Shown here: piece by piece, positions 11,379 through 25,422 of the stretch | Layout of the letters: each line of letters starts with the position of its first letter | How positions within the stretch are numbered: position 1 is the stretch's first letter | Assembly: GCA_964199315.1 (NCBI GenBank) | Contig: OZ116706.1 | Location: 27,466,001-27,530,000 of the forward strand | Length of the DNA: 64,000 nucleotides | Reading direction: 5' to 3' | Source of the DNA: Orbicella franksi | Lineage: Eukaryota | Position numbers and translations under genes: made by a program | The notes under the pieces: generated by a model | What the model was told of the DNA's origin: nothing | Database searches by the model: none | What the model saw: the letters and a program-made list of their open reading frames with translations, nothing else

Positions 11379-12424
11379 GAGGGTCCACAGTAGGGTCCTC
11401 AGATCCCGCTTTCCCGCCCAGTTTTTCCTGTTAATCCCGCTATCCCGCCCTTTTTTGCCTGGAAATCCCGATCCCGCCTACTTTTTAAAGACGTTTCTGC
11501 GTTAATTATTAATTTGTTAAATTAATAATTAATTAAATTATTAACACAGAGACTTTTTAAGAATAGATATCGCATCTAATATCACAAAAGGATTCAATGG
11601 GTAGCAGATAAGTAAGCACAAAATTAATGATTATAACGTTTCGTTCCGTAAACTGTTTACCGTTTTGTTTCCTTTTGTCCACGTATCATTGAAAGAAAAA
11701 GATTTTTCATTCCCATATTCGAGACATGGCCAGTAAACACACCTGATAGTTTCTTTCAAAGCTTTCAGTGTCTTCGCTTTCCTTAAAACCTGGGCTCAGA
11801 ACTTTTCTTTCCGAATGAAGGCATTCCCGCTCGCACATCCTTTTTGTAATATATGGCCACGCAATATGTATAATGTCTCGTACTTCGTTCGGTAAATCAT
11901 TGTCACCGCCATCTAATGTGGCCAAAACAAGCCAAGCGCTCTAGAAAGGGTCGAAAGACTAGGAAAACTAGAAAGGATCGGGGGGGGGGGGGTCAATATT
12001 ACATTCGCAAGCTTTGAAGATGTGGGAAATGGACAGATGTCATTCATGTCAGAGGATCGCAAAAGGACTCAAAGACCTCATACAGTCTTATGATACTAAC
12101 GTGGTCAAGCGATTATGGATACGTTTGACAGAACCTAAGAGGGTACAGAGCCGTTGCTATACATTACTTGAAACCTGACACAGCTATACGCACAAAAGGT
12201 TCATTTCTGCCCAAGTTGCGGCTTTTGCGCTAATCAATTCATGAGGCCACGTAAAAATTGAAATCCCTTGCTAATCCCTCATCCCAAGCCCATCAAAACA
12301 CTAAATCCCACTCCCGCTCGTAATTGTAATTCCCGCTTCCCGCCCCTGTTTTCAGCTCAAATCCCAAATATCACGGCGAAAAAAAGCCAAATCCCACATC
12401 CCGCCAAACCTATTGGGGACCCTC
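11379..12424. mobile_element. ~1.05 kb TIR element (GAGGGTCC...GGACCCTC) with ATCCCG subterminal repeats
   Basis: Left GAGGGTCCACAGTAGG, right (revcomp) GAGGGTCCCCAATAGG; many atcccg/ttcccg units near both ends; flanked by 174-bp direct repeats at 11205-11378 and 12425-12598. Confidence 0.7.
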
Positions 12425-13977
12425 AGTGATCATGTTTCGAAAGGACCGAAAGGGCCTTGAAATGTCAGCAAAAAGCTGTTTGTTTTACATTTTCAATCAA
12501 GCTACGATGGCCGAAGACCAACAGTTTAGATGATATTTCAGTTAGCTTTTATCAAGTGACGCTTTCAGAAGGAAGCCGAACATTTTATTGTGCTTTTAGG
12601 GAGTGCCGCCTTAAGGACAAAGCGGAAAATAGGCAGGCACTTTTAGAACAAGCTGTACCTTTTTAACTAGAAGCTGTGCATATTTTAGACATTTTACCGC
12701 TTTTAATGGGAAAAAAAAAATTCGCTGAACTTTTATAACGAGCAGCGCTTGTAAAGCCGCACTGAGCTTTCAAAACGATTTAGCCGTGGACATATTTCAC
12801 GAGGCTTTTATCGGCGTAACCGCTTTTAGAACGACGAATAACAGATTTCGTACTATGTATAGGCTTTTTTACAAGTAGAGCTTTTTATAGAACCCATTAC
12901 GTACAGCACTACTTTACACAACAACCGACTAATGTAGTTTACCATGCAACAGGATCTAACATTTTGTCAGTTTTCCGGCGCGGGTACCTAATTGATTACA
13001 CAGTAGTGAGGGGGAAGGCACTTCGTGTTAAGTATTTTGCTCCTAAAATCAGACCATCTGGTGCATCTGTCACAAGTGGGCATGACAAAACAAGTGAACC
13101 CCCGCTATATCAACTATCATATCAGTTTGCATCTAGATCTATTTTGGGTAAAAGAAGAAGAAATGACAGAAGGAAGAAAAGCCGGCAGGCAAGTAAAACA
13201 AAACCGGGCCCCCATCTTAGCTCAAGGTCTGGAAGCGCCACTGATGCAGATTGGTTCAATGGTCCATAGCTCTTTTCTCCCGTTGTAAACGAAAATAGAG
13301 AACAATTGAGAAAGCGGAGGGAAAATGAACGAGCGTACACTTGAAATATTTACACGGTAAAAAAGCCGGGACGTCTTGTAATTTCTAGTCTTTTCAACCA
13401 AGAGTAAACAAGTTCTGTCTTCTCACCAATCATCCAGGCTATCAAACGAAATTAGGGCAAGTAGCTATATCAGTAGTAAGAGAAAATTAAACAGGATGAA
13501 AAACTCTATTGAACGCAAATGTCGTATTATGCCTGATTTAAAGACAACATTTTAACTTTCAAAACAAATAGCTACCTACCAAGTTAACTAGAAACTGGTT
13601 TATCCTCGCATATTTCTCATAAAATAAATTATTTCATATTTGAATGTAACAATGTAATGATTGACTAATAACAATTTCTTTCATATATTTCGTATCTTAA
13701 TGTTGTTTTTAACTAAAAGCGTTTTTTTTTTCAGTGCACATAAACTACCGTGAATTAATAACATTCTAACCCTTAAGTTTAATTTGAGAGTATACTGATA
13801 ATGTTACTTAAGTTAGGCCTTTTTGATGGTTTTCGGCAATCTTCGCAAATTTCCGGGAAAGCATAGAAGCGTTTGCACGATTTCCGACAAACTCCACGAA
13901 AATCTTCTTAAAACAATCGGAAGAGAAATTTTACTGTTTCTTCCGACTGCCATAAACACGTAAACTATTCTGTACGT

Positions 13978-14895
13978 CTATCTCTGTTCCATTTGAAGAG
14001 GTGAGCGCTGTCTATCCACGGCCCCAACCCGTAGGAGTTGTTTAACTTCCTTCTTGATGTCATGTTTGAGAAGTGCATAAGCGAAGGGATTAAACGCGGA
14101 GTTAGCAATCAGCAGCAATACCTGTGCCCTGTTTAACTCAAATGGAAGATCACAAAGCTCAAAGATGTCACAGCAGGACACTGCAATGGTTGTCGAGTAA
14201 CACAGAACGAAGAATATGACGACGAATGCGATGAACCCCACGGAAGACCTTGCTCTGTTACCATGGCGCAAGGGAGGCGGGTTGGTGCTGCCCGGAGCGG
14301 GCTGATTGTAGCGTAATTGCTGCATGACGTTCGCCGTCTCGCGAGCGTGTTTTCTGGCGATGTAAAGCATATGTGCAGTGACAAACAGCAAGCTTACCGG
14401 GGGAATAAACTCGAAAATGACTGTCACTACGTAAGTGTAGTTCCTCATGTAGAGTATATGTTCTTCAGTGTTTATAAAAATCAAAGGAACAAAGGAAAAG
14501 ATGAAAGGAAGAATCCAAGCCGCAAGGATGAAGGCCACAGCCCGGTTCCTCGTCATAAATAAGACGTAGATAAACGGTTTCACGATGGCTATGTACCGGT
14601 CCACTGTAAGCACGCACAGGTTGGCGACAGACGCGTACAAGAACGCCCATTGGAAAGACGCGAGTAGATGGTAGCGGCATTCTTCTATGGGTAAGCAGAA
14701 AAAATCGCCTGGAAACACGCTCAAGCTGACACCAAGGTCCGCGAAGGACAAAGACACGAGAAAACGGTTCGTGGTACGGTGGAGCTGCTCTTTTGAAGCA
14801 ATCAGCAAAATGATGAAGCTGTTACCGACTAAAGCGAAGCCAGAGAGGAGAAATCCCGTTACAAGAAACCATTGAGGTTCTATCTCGTCCATCAT
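13978..14895 (-). CDS. Class A (rhodopsin-like) GPCR, orphan, 305 aa, intronless coding region
   Basis: Seven hydrophobic segments with GN in TM1, LSFAD in TM2, VDRYIAIVKP, a TM4 Trp (AAWILP) and NPFAY in TM7. The ORF track starts at a TTG (14928); the first ATG is at 14895, one base after a probable 3' splice site (ttactgtttgcgtttAG|gATG). Confidence 0.92.
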   Translation of the reverse strand: MMDEIEPQWFLVTGFLLSGFALVGNSFIILLIASKEQLHRTTNRFLVSLSFADLGVSLSVFPGDFFCLPIEECRYHLLASFQWAFLYASVANLCVLTVDRYIAIVKPFIYVLFMTRNRAVAFILAAWILPFIFSFVPLIFINTEEHILYMRNYTYVVTVIFEFIPPVSLLFVTAHMLYIARKHARETANVMQQLRYNQPAPGSTNPPPLRHGNRARSSVGFIAFVVIFFVLCYSTTIAVSCCDIFELCDLPFELNRAQVLLLIANSAFNPFAYALLKHDIKKEVKQLLRVGAVDRQRSPLQMEQR

Positions 14896-17800
14896 CCTAA
14901 ACGCAAACAGTAATGTTTTGTTAGCCAACTTCCTATTTTCCCTCGTTTTTATTAATTTCGGAAGTTGTGGAATCGAAGCTGTTCTCGGAGCTATTGCACG
15001 AAAAAAAAAAAAAAACTAAGAAAAACGAAGTTGTAAAGCAAAAAAATCTCACTCAAGTTCCTCCTCGCTTGGTTCAGTAAAATTCAACTGTTGGGCCATT
15101 TTCTTTCGTCACTCACTTCAACAATATATCATTACTGCTCTGAAACTTTGCAACAAATAACAATAAGATGGAGAATACATGCTAAAATGAAATGAAATGA
15201 GCGGCGCTCAATTTGTTCTGGACTGACTAATGACGCGTTTTGTCTATTGAGTTGTATTGAGTAGCATGACATTTCGATTAAATTTCGCTCATGTAAATAA
15301 CAAGCCCCATATTTCTCCAAACACGAGGCTACTACATTTAAAAATATTTGACTGTTTGAATAAAACTTTGTCCCAATACCGTTTTCGTTCACGTATTGAA
15401 TTATAATACATCAAGTGTAGTTCTGTGTTTTGCTAAGTTTGAACGGAAGCTGAGGAACTTTTAATATAAATGCATTAGCGTTAATTTCGATAGCACCAGA
15501 ATAACTAAAAAAAAGCTCAAGAATAAAATAGGTTTCTGATTCTCTATTATTTCGCAGATATCATAGATCTATCGTCTTCAGAGAGTGCGTGTTTACGGAA
15601 TTTCTCGCCTTTGTAAAACAAATTGACACCAACACTTTTTTTCACAGAGATCGGTGAAGTATTTATTTTCGATGGCTATTTTTATTAATTTTCTGTCAGA
15701 CTACAGACAGCACTGACACTTAGCATTCTGCTAGGAAATGAACACTTCATATTATGACGGAAAGATCATCTTTTTTCCTCCTTTGAATGAGTTTTGTAAT
15801 TATCTTTCTGTTCGCGTAACAAGTTAATAAAGGAAGTCGCAAGCTGTATTTTGCCTCGTGCTTCATTCGATAGGTGTACTCAAAATTTCAACTCTTAACT
15901 GTCTGTTATTCACGCATTCGGATAGTGAATCTGTACTGTTCGCAAGGAAGAGAGAAAAATTCCACGAGAGAGCTGTGGAACTGAGAAAACCAAACTGTGT
16001 TTCTTTAGTTTTTTTTCCGTAATGAAGTTTTCCCCCTAAATGTCACTTGTAGCTAGCGCTGCCAAGCTCATGTCTTAATCAATTAGCAAGTGCTAGATGA
16101 AATGGACTACCCAGGCGTTTGCATTTTATATTATTGATCTGTAAATGGCACAGCACAGAACAGCCCAGAACTAAAATGATCAAATTCAGCAGATTATTTC
16201 ATTTCCCCAGTTTGTAGAAATGGACCAATTATGGTGGCATATCTGAGATGTGACTCCGTGTTTGTTTTATTTCTATAAACAAGGGAAATGAATTAATACA
16301 CTGTGCTTATATGTTGTCTTTTTTCGATGAACCATACACCGGTAAAAACGGACAACCTTTTCCGCACGCCGGCTTGAAAAGGAAATCTTTGAATGCGCTC
16401 TTTTAGGGGCTGGGAGTAAGATGGACTTGCCGATACCCAACCATGTCCTTTAATTTATCATCAGGGGGAGCGGTGTTAGAGATGCAACGAAATGAATGAA
16501 TTTCCTTACGAAGATTCGTGCGAAGATTCACTTGGGTAAGCGGCGACACCACCTAAAATGTAAATATCTGTCCAAGTTTTGATGATATCCCGCCAGTTTT
16601 GTTTTGTTGTGACTATCATCAAAGGCCTCGCGTGACACTAGTCACGAACGAGATCGGTGAACCCACCCCTTTTCAGACACCCCTGAGAGCACCTGACTCT
16701 GAACACTGTCAAGTGAAGCGTCATGGTTCTAAAAAAAGGTAGTGATTTAGATTGGCTGGGTTCTTTTAAATAAATTTGCATAATTGGACTACTTAACTTC
16801 GGGTATTAATCGAAAATTTATCTGAGCTTGGTTTTAAAGAGAAGGATGTATTTTTTTCTTAGAAAAACACGGTTTTCAATTACCTACAAAGAAGCGGAAC
16901 TCGCTTCGTTTGCGACAGAGGAAAATTGCAACATTGTTGTGCCATCAGTCCCAAAATGTTTCAGGCGTTCGTTGTAAAAATACAGAACTTAAGTCGTTAT
17001 TTCCCTCATTCGGTTATTGCCCTCTTCGATAAGCAATAAAATAGCTATTTTTCAAAATGCGAATCTGACGTGCTAGTATGGCGCAAAAAAGCGTCTTTTC
17101 CTTAATATATATACATATTTTTTAATGACAGCTGATAAACAAAAGCGATCGATCTATCGCAAGCTCAGTTAAGAAACTAATATTTTAGCTAAATTGGATA
17201 CTATATGCATTTCTTTGGTTTTCAGGAGAACAAGATTATCAGTCTGAATATAACACTAGAAGCGGACACCTAAAATGGTTGTTTTAGAATTAATTATTGA
17301 ATGTATTCAAGCAAACAAACACATCTTTTTGTCGTATTAGAAACGTAACAAGGAAGAAAGGGAACCAGTATATTTGTACCTCTAACATGCGATCCGTAAC
17401 CCGGCTGGTTCTGAATTGGCCAAATGTTCCTTTGAAATAAATGAACTTGAAATAATTTTTTGAAGAAATTTTTCAACCTGGCGCTAGCCTTCCTACTGGT
17501 GGGCAGCTGGGGAGATTTCCCGCTCGGGGTCTTCGTTTCGGCTGCAGACCGTGCTCAAACGGGCTAGAGCGGCGAATCCGGGAAGAAAACTTGAGTGAAT
17601 TCCAATAGCATTCATGCGTGAAATCCAAGCAAGCTACCAACAGTGACTCCAGGAAATATGTAGCAAAGACTAAACCAACGAAAATGAAACGTACAATTAA
17701 CTAGTCTTCATGAAATATGATCCCTGCGAGGAACAGAAAGTCAAAGAAGACTAGTAAAGTCTTAATTTTACAAATAACTTACGGTGATCATGAAGAGATT

Positions 17801-18985
17801 TTCCCGAGACTTTCAGAATTGTATCCCTCTATCCGGCTTGTTCCTTGTCACGAAATTTTCGTTCCACTGAACTTCTCGAGTGAAATTCTAGATGAATAGC
17901 ACTGAAAAATAATCATAGTTTCAGATGCACTTTGTTTAACAAATTAAACTGCCGCTTAATTCATGTCGCGCTAAGCAGTTACGTCAGTGGCGAGTCGGTT
18001 TTTGATATCTTCTTCCAGAACAAATTGACAATATTGAGCGGCCATGACTTCGAAGACGTAATTTTTTTAATCCCATCCATCTGGTTTAGGCTAAAATAAT
18101 CAGCTGATGTTTATATGGCGTTTTTAATCTTGTAATAATCAACCACACGTTTGTCACACGCAGGTAACAATTTGATCATAAACGTTTACTAATGTTGACC
18201 TAATTTTAATATATTCAAGTCAATATCAGATTCTCCCTAATGGAATAATATGTTTTCATCCAAATCATTAGAAAACATTTTTGCACATGCTATGCACCTT
18301 AAATCAGGGGCGAGAAAAATTAAAGCAAAGCAGAAAGCAATATAATCAAAATGAAAGAATATTCAGTAAAATATATTAAAACATAGAGCTCAAAAAGCTG
18401 CCAGCTAGCTGTTTAGTTGTCAAGATAACTTACATATTAGAGAAGAATCCGGTGTTTTGTGCACTTCAGAAGGCTACTAAAATCACTTGGTCACAAAATT
18501 TTGGTTGCGTTAGAGAGAAATCCTAGAGATATGGTAATCATATGTTATTCAAAGTTCAGCTGCACTTTTGTTTAACGCTGAAAGTGGCTTCACTCACCTT
18601 CCGTTTAGGCAATCGCGTAGGAAGCCAGTTTACCTTTGACACTGTCGTCTTTCACACAATCAAACTGTCAAATAAAGTTGCCCAGCAAGAAATTTATGCA
18701 CGACCCTGAAGCAGACAGCCCTCTTAAAAACCCAAGCATTTGATTTGACTGCAAATGCTTAGCTTCCTCCCATCATTACTTTTTCTCTTGCTTACTTGAT
18801 GATCATAAAGAGAAACATCTGTAGCATTTTTTATTTCTTTTGATGATGTATTCAGGCTTTGTCAGACGTCCTTCGAACTAACTCATACAGCCTGCAGAAA
18901 AGTCGGGTTAGCGCGAAACTGGCGAAACGTGGTCGCGCTCTGTGTTCCGTCCCGATTGTTCTGTTGGATGGCTAACTAACTCATT

Positions 18986-19131
18986 ATACCCGGTTAGGGG
19001 GGTACTCCCTATTATGGTCTGTACGGGGAGACTCTTGCCCGTAAGGGATACCTTTTTAGGTAGTCAGGTATATTTAACAATTATTCCACGAGCGCGCGTT
19101 GGATATGAGATGGTAGAGTTGGCTATAATCG

Positions 19132-19164
<33 letters not shown>

Positions 19165-19680
19165 TTTCATTAAAATCGCCCCCAAAATATAGAAAGATAA
19201 AAACTAAAACAAAAATAAACACACTCAAAAACATCACACGTACGCTTGCCATATTTGTAGAGCATGGTATAATGGCCTATAACCCATGATGGCTAAGCCA
19301 ATGAAAACTCTCGAATTGCATTATGCAATGAACCGGTTTTTCATAAAAAAAAAGGTAGGCTTTTCACAAGTTGAGGTATATGAGAGAGTGGGGAAATCTG
19401 TCATTTAGTTATTAAAAAGGACTTTAATTTAAATGTTTCGAACAGACGCATGTTGTGGTCGTGTGATTAAATTTTTAACGGCTACATCGAAAATGACAAG
19501 AAGATTTCCTTTTATGGCAATTTATTCATAATAAAGGCCGGTTACGAAAGCGTGTGAAAAGCGTACCTTTTTTAAAATTAAAGGTATACGACAGGAGTAC
19601 CTTTTCTGGCAAAATGGTATACAAAAGGGTAACGGGTCGGGCCCCTTGGCTCCCCCATATGATATAGTACCCCCGGGTTA
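18986..19680. mobile_element. CCCGG-GGGGTACT MITE carrying a nested hairpin-bearing element (about 19070-19345)
   Basis: Termini cccggttagggggggtactcc and tagtacccccggg; the internal insert starts with a ~34-bp imperfect inverted repeat (acaattattccac...ttggatatgaga / tctcatatccaa...gtggaataattgt, 19077-19165). Confidence 0.55.
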
Positions 19681-22512
19681 CCATGTTTCGCGCCAAAAAT
19701 GTACTGAAAATGACAATTTCGTCTTCCGTTTCTCAACAACTACTTAATCTGGTATGTTTTGCCATAAATGTCTAGAGTACAATTTTGAACAGGTTACTTA
19801 AATAAATGAACAATTCATTGGCGATGCTGCATCTATAATTGGCTGTTCGAGACTTTAATCTTAAGATTTAACACGATACCTTGTCACGTTCTTGAAATCT
19901 CGAAACCAATCGCAGTACAATCGAAAAAAAAGTAAGAGTGTATTTGATTAAATGCACAGAGCTACTAAAATAACGCACCCCCAAGTGACTTTGCCAATAG
20001 TTTAAACCTGCCCGTTGTCACAACGTTCAAAAACAGAAAAATTTCGTTGATCGAAACCAGGAAATGAACTTGATGTCTCGCAACTTTTGGATCCCTGCAA
20101 TTGCTTCGATAAATGTAGACCTTAGGGCGCTGAACACGTTTTAGTAACGACTATAGCAATTCTGTGACGAGACTTATAATCGACATGTAGTAAGCTTGGT
20201 AAAGGATCATTATAGCAGAGGGGGACCATTACATTATTGGTGGTCCACCCCTTAACAGGTGCACTTTACCATGAATTGTCCCGGTTATTTTAACGCCCAA
20301 GGGTGATTGAAACTGATAAGCAAACAAATATATACTGATCCAAATTTTATATCAGCTACCAGTAGAGTATGCAAATATCTCAATTTATCAGTACAGCCCG
20401 CAGCCATCTGAAAAAAATAATAGTTGGCTCTTTAATTGTCCCGGCAATCTGGTGATTGGTTTCTGCCCGCTTTGAAATTCAGATAACGAATTAAATATGT
20501 TTTTTTTATGTGGTGAAAAATAGAAAGATCACTCGAAAGAAATACTACTGTGATAAAAAAAGAAACAATATATTTTCTGTTCCCAGCTATCGAAAGTCAG
20601 TAGAAAACTTTGCATGTTCAGTTCGTAAGTGATTTTCTTTCGCCAAACACAATGGCAACAATTGTGAAGTCAATGCGCTTCAGTTGGTTTGCCACCAAAT
20701 TCTCAAAGCTAACTTTATGGCAGAAAATAGAAAACAGACTTAATGAATGTTTGAGCTTGAAAAAAACAGGCGCATTTATAGAATCGATCAAAGTGATTGC
20801 TTGTCGGTTATGCCAAAGATAAATGACTTCAATTAACAAGCAAATTCCCGCGAAAGAGACGTTCTGTCTCCTCCTTTCCATCTCATTCAAATACAAACTT
20901 CCAAAAGTGGACGAGTCATCTCTCAGGGTTTGTCAGTAGAAAGAAATAGAATGAAAACTTCCGGTAACAGAGTAAGGGCAGCCGAAAATTTATTTTCACT
21001 TGCAATATTTATCTTCTAAAAATGTGTAACAAGGGAAATACGTCTATTGGTGGCGGTTTCGTAAACTTATCTATTATTTAGTCATGGCTGAATCTTTTCA
21101 AACACGTCGCTTTCCATGCAGCTGAAGTTCACACTCACAGTTGTATCAATTCTCCTTAGCGACTGCACTACATTTCGTTCAATACCAGTTTGGAGAATAT
21201 AGTTTAATTTTACATCAACAAAATCACTTGTCTGCTTCACAATGCGCTATTATTCAGTACAACTAGAAATCAGATGTTGGAACAGATAGCTGTTGTTGCA
21301 CTGATGATTTTCCACAATCTCACTAGCTTTCTCCTTAACAATGCACTGATGATGTATGGAGAAAATAGAAGTTAATTACACACTTTGCTGAGCCTCTGCA
21401 CCCACAACACAGCATCAACAAACTTGAAAAAATTGTATGTATAAATTATTAAGAAAAGATGAAGAAACAACCAAACCGCACATGCAGATAAACAAACTCA
21501 TTTTCTTTACCTTTCAGGAAAGCTCAAACCTCGCTCGATGGCCTCTTCCGGTGAAAACAAAGCTTTTTAACGCAGTGCAACGCACGTGTAATTTTTTCAC
21601 GACTAATCTTAAACGCAACACAAGCAGAATAAGACGTAGTACACACCCTGAACTCTCCTTACTTCTCGCCCCATTTGAAAGGAGAGTTCAGGGACTGGAC
21701 TAAATAAGAGGAAGAAGGCGGTAAATTAAAAATTAAAGCATCGCACTCCAAACCCTACCATCGTAAAATCATTTGGGTTATTCCAGCATTATTCCAGAAT
21801 CTAATGTTGTCTTTTTGAAGCATGTTTGAATGTGTTTACATCGAGGATCTTGAAAACTTTTAGTCGAATTCTTTCACGTTCTTCGTTTTTAGTCAATCTA
21901 TGATCTTTAAACAACATTGCTTGGTTCATTGCTCTCTCACTGGGGGTTCTATTTTCGCAAATATCTCCTCCATTTGAAGTTAAATTTGTATATCGTAAAA
22001 CAGACGCCTCAAATTGTGACAGAGCTCCCTTAAAAAGTGGTCAGTTACGAACTGAATTAAGTTCAATTGATGGCAGAGACCGACCTACCTGAGATCTGTG
22101 GAATCCGTCTTTGGTGTCCCAGCGGATGACTATAAACAACGCAACATGTAAAGTCGCATTGCTTATAACTTCATCCGCGCTAGAAACATTCGTCAGTGAT
22201 GGACATGGCGCTAATGAACATGAAATATGACATCAATGGAGATAGAGACAGAGATATAGTATCGTATTGAAATTTTGGCCCGCTGCCGTGATAAAATAAC
22301 ACCGCATTCAGAACTTCCATATTATGACAATAATGGATATGAAAAAATGGTTTTACTTAAATTGACCATCAATCAAAATAATTTCTTGCTAGAAATTTCT
22401 CTTTTATGTCTGTTTGCTCCTTGTTTTTCGGAGAACGCTTAATTATTTGGCCAGTTGCGAGTTTGGATCACAAGCGTTCATCCTGTTGACTGCAATTAGA
22501 TCAACATGTTAA

Positions 22513-22899
22513 GGCCCCCGGTCCACACTACGCCTGAGAAATTTGTAAGCGTAGGTTTCACTTAGAAAACGCATCAAATCTTTTCCGTCCACACTACGCG
22601 GGAGGAATTTAAAAACGCAACAAACACCGTCATTTTGGATTTGTGTTCCGGAGGAACACTCGGGTAGGGAATATCACATGATTATCGTGACTAAATTGTT
22701 TTCAAAAGCTCCGTTTTCAAAATGTTTTTCGTCCACACGAAAACGAAAAGGCGACGTTTCAAAATTCCTCCACGATCCACTGAGTTGGAAGAGCGTTTTC
22801 GAAAAGCCCGTTTTCGTGACAGATTAGTGTGGACGGTAGGCCTAACCGTAGAAATAAAGCTGCGTTTTCAAATTCCTCCAGAGTAGTGTGGATACTGCC
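22513..22899. mobile_element. PIF/Harbinger-type MITE (GGCCCC-GTCCACACTACG family)
   Basis: TIR-like ends ggcccccggtccacactac / gtagtgtggatactgcc with TAA on both sides (22510-22512, 22900-22902); homologous copies at about 40997-41372 and 51790-52082. Confidence 0.75.
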
Positions 22900-24721
22900 T
22901 AAGTCTCAAAAAATACTAATAACTTAAAATTCTCGAGCAGATTCACCCACAAAATTTTGTGCGGGTGAGAACTGGAGCGCTTGAAAGCAACACTCACACC
23001 TGTAAACGTTGTTTCTGTTAGCTATACTACGGACATGAAAAGTTTCGCGTTTTTTTGCGGGCTCTCGGGCTCTCGGGTGGGGTGGGTAACAGGGTGAGGA
23101 TTTCCTTCGTCTTCCCAACATACCTGGCGCACAACATATCGATCGCTATTATTCAGTCATTTCCCAATGGACAATCGGGTAAATAGCGTTAACATTTTGC
23201 ACTCGTAGCTTCGCAGTAGAAACGTTTTTGTGTTTTCTGTAGCCTCTCGTTTATGCTAATCATTTTGCCGATCTAGATCCACTACCATGATGTATTTTGC
23301 ACACATGTTTATGTTTCTTAAGAAGCTCTGGGGAGACTAAGAACACGTTTTCGGCACCAGGATTTCTGGGATCGTTAAACAAAGCCCGCGTGGCTGTGAT
23401 TAGGTAATGGTGTGTGCGTTTTTTGTATTTTATTTGATTAGGTAATGGCTGCCTTTGGATACGTACCACTGACCAATCACATCTTGCTCTTGTTACCATG
23501 ATGATTGCTAACGGCTTGCAATCCAGCGCCACGCTTCCTGCCATAAATATCGGCATAGAGATTACCTGTAACAGGACTTATCATCTCGCAAAGATCATTA
23601 AGATCCGACTTGCATCAAAACTCCACTAGCCCTTTACAGTAGTTTAGTTAGTCGGGGAGCACTGCAAAAAAGTGGAGAAAAATTGAGGTAGAAGACGGTG
23701 CGAGTAGGCAAAACAAAATTCTAGTTTCCTCTCCTATTTTATTCTTTCGCTTGCCTTTTTCGCGCTGCTACCAAGTAGAGGAAGCGGCGTTGATTAGGGC
23801 TCTGGATAGGCCTTTCCTCAAATATCCGGATATTAATGTTTGGGGTATTTAGAAGTTTCCGAGATATTTAGAAAATTTAAGGATATTTAGAAATATTCAT
23901 AGCTTTTCTTTTGGCATTTTCCCGCTTTTTTCTTGAAACAATGCTCAGTTCTATGCCAGAAACAATCTAGTTCAGCGATTACCTACTCGAAATATATATT
24001 CCATATCACTAAAAAGGCTGAAGTAGCAATTTTCCAATATGGCGGATACTGGTAACGTTTTCTTGCACAGATTACAACCTGGTGTGTAATTTTTTCCTAG
24101 AAAAATGACTTTTACTTCAAACCGGTTTTGTCGCTTTGCACTCAGCCTCAAGATCATGCGGCAAAATATTCACCCTCTATGGTGAGGTGGGGATATTTGA
24201 CAATATGGCGGCTCACTAGAAGTAAACGACACTTGTGAATTGGCCAAAAACAGACCCAAATTCAATGGTCAAGAGGAAATCTCCATTTAAAGCTCATCGT
24301 AAAGGAGTCTCTTGTGTTAACTTTGGTCCAAATGGACAATTAATAGTTTCGTCGTCAGCTGACAAACCGATCAAAATATGGAACTTTTCGGAAAAAATTG
24401 GAAGGGACGTTGAAAGGCATTCTCGAATGTTGTTTGGAATTCAGAAAGCCGACTTCTTGTTCGGAATCAGATGACACTAGTTTCCAACAAAACGTGAGTA
24501 ACAACTCTTCTTGGTCATCAATATGTTGCTGCTTGAATATGAAGCTGGTTGTGTCAGTCCCCCGGGGGGAGGGGGGGGTACTCTTATACGGACTTTATAG
24601 GTCTGTGCGGCCACAAAAAGTAGGTTTTTCAGTCGTTTTGGTCATAAAAAGTTTATTGCTTTTGGCCATTTTGATCTTAAATAAGGTATGGTTTTAGCAC
24701 TCTAGTCTTGAATTGCAATAT

Positions 24722-25422
24722 GTTCCGCTATTCGCAAACCCCCGCTTCCCTCTTGGGTTCCCGGTGAGGCCCTTCCATGTAAAAGGTACGGTGACGAGGA
24801 AAGCGGAAGTTTTCCTTTTTGTCTAAACTGCGTGCGATTTCACCGCAAACGCGACTTTCCATGTCTAGGACTGGCACTGGTTATGCAAGGACTGACAATG
24901 TCACGTGGTCACTTGTTGCATTTCCCGCCAAAGAAGAAACACAACCAGCTAAATTAAACGCAAGGATTTTTCTTTGAGACTCTCCCTTGTTAATATGATT
25001 TAGACAATTAACCCTGCTTTTTGACAACATTTCCTGAACCACTGGGCCTTACGGTGGTTTTCGTGTGGCATGAGGATAAATGGATTATGGGACAGAAAAA
25101 ATTGTAATGATTAATCAGTGTTTGTTTCTGTTTGTTTCTTTGAAAATTTAAAATGAACGCTACCAAATTCATTTTCAAAATGAGCCGAAGAGATGGGCAT
25201 CCAAGAACTGTAAGAAAAGTTTAATTATGTTTGAAAAATGACGCTTTTGTTTGTTTCCGTTTGTTCAGCCTTACAGGTTCACGTGGGTGCCATATAAACA
25301 AAGGAAATGCAAAGTTGTAGCAGAAGAAAGCGTGCAAAGGGTGTTGTCATTATAAATTTGTGACGGTCTGTTAGCTGATTGGTCTGATGTTTTTTTTCCA
25401 TATTAATGACGACTATTGCTAA
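24722..25422 (+). repeat. ~700-bp segment duplicated at about 31035-31736
   Basis: Near-identical by eye, with scattered substitutions, from gttccgctattcgcaaacccc to gactattgctaa. Confidence 0.85.

Noticed and set aside
14896-14928. N-terminal extension MANKTLLFAFR of the GPCR
   Set aside because: Starts at TTG and overlaps a likely 3' splice site; ATG at 14895 is preferred, although an upstream coding exon cannot be excluded.
23260-23640. Minus-strand ORF and alternate frame with NLYADIY-G-RKR (amidated-peptide-like) and splice-like sites
   Set aside because: No signal peptide, no repeated peptide and no coherent exon chain; indistinguishable from chance without transcript data.
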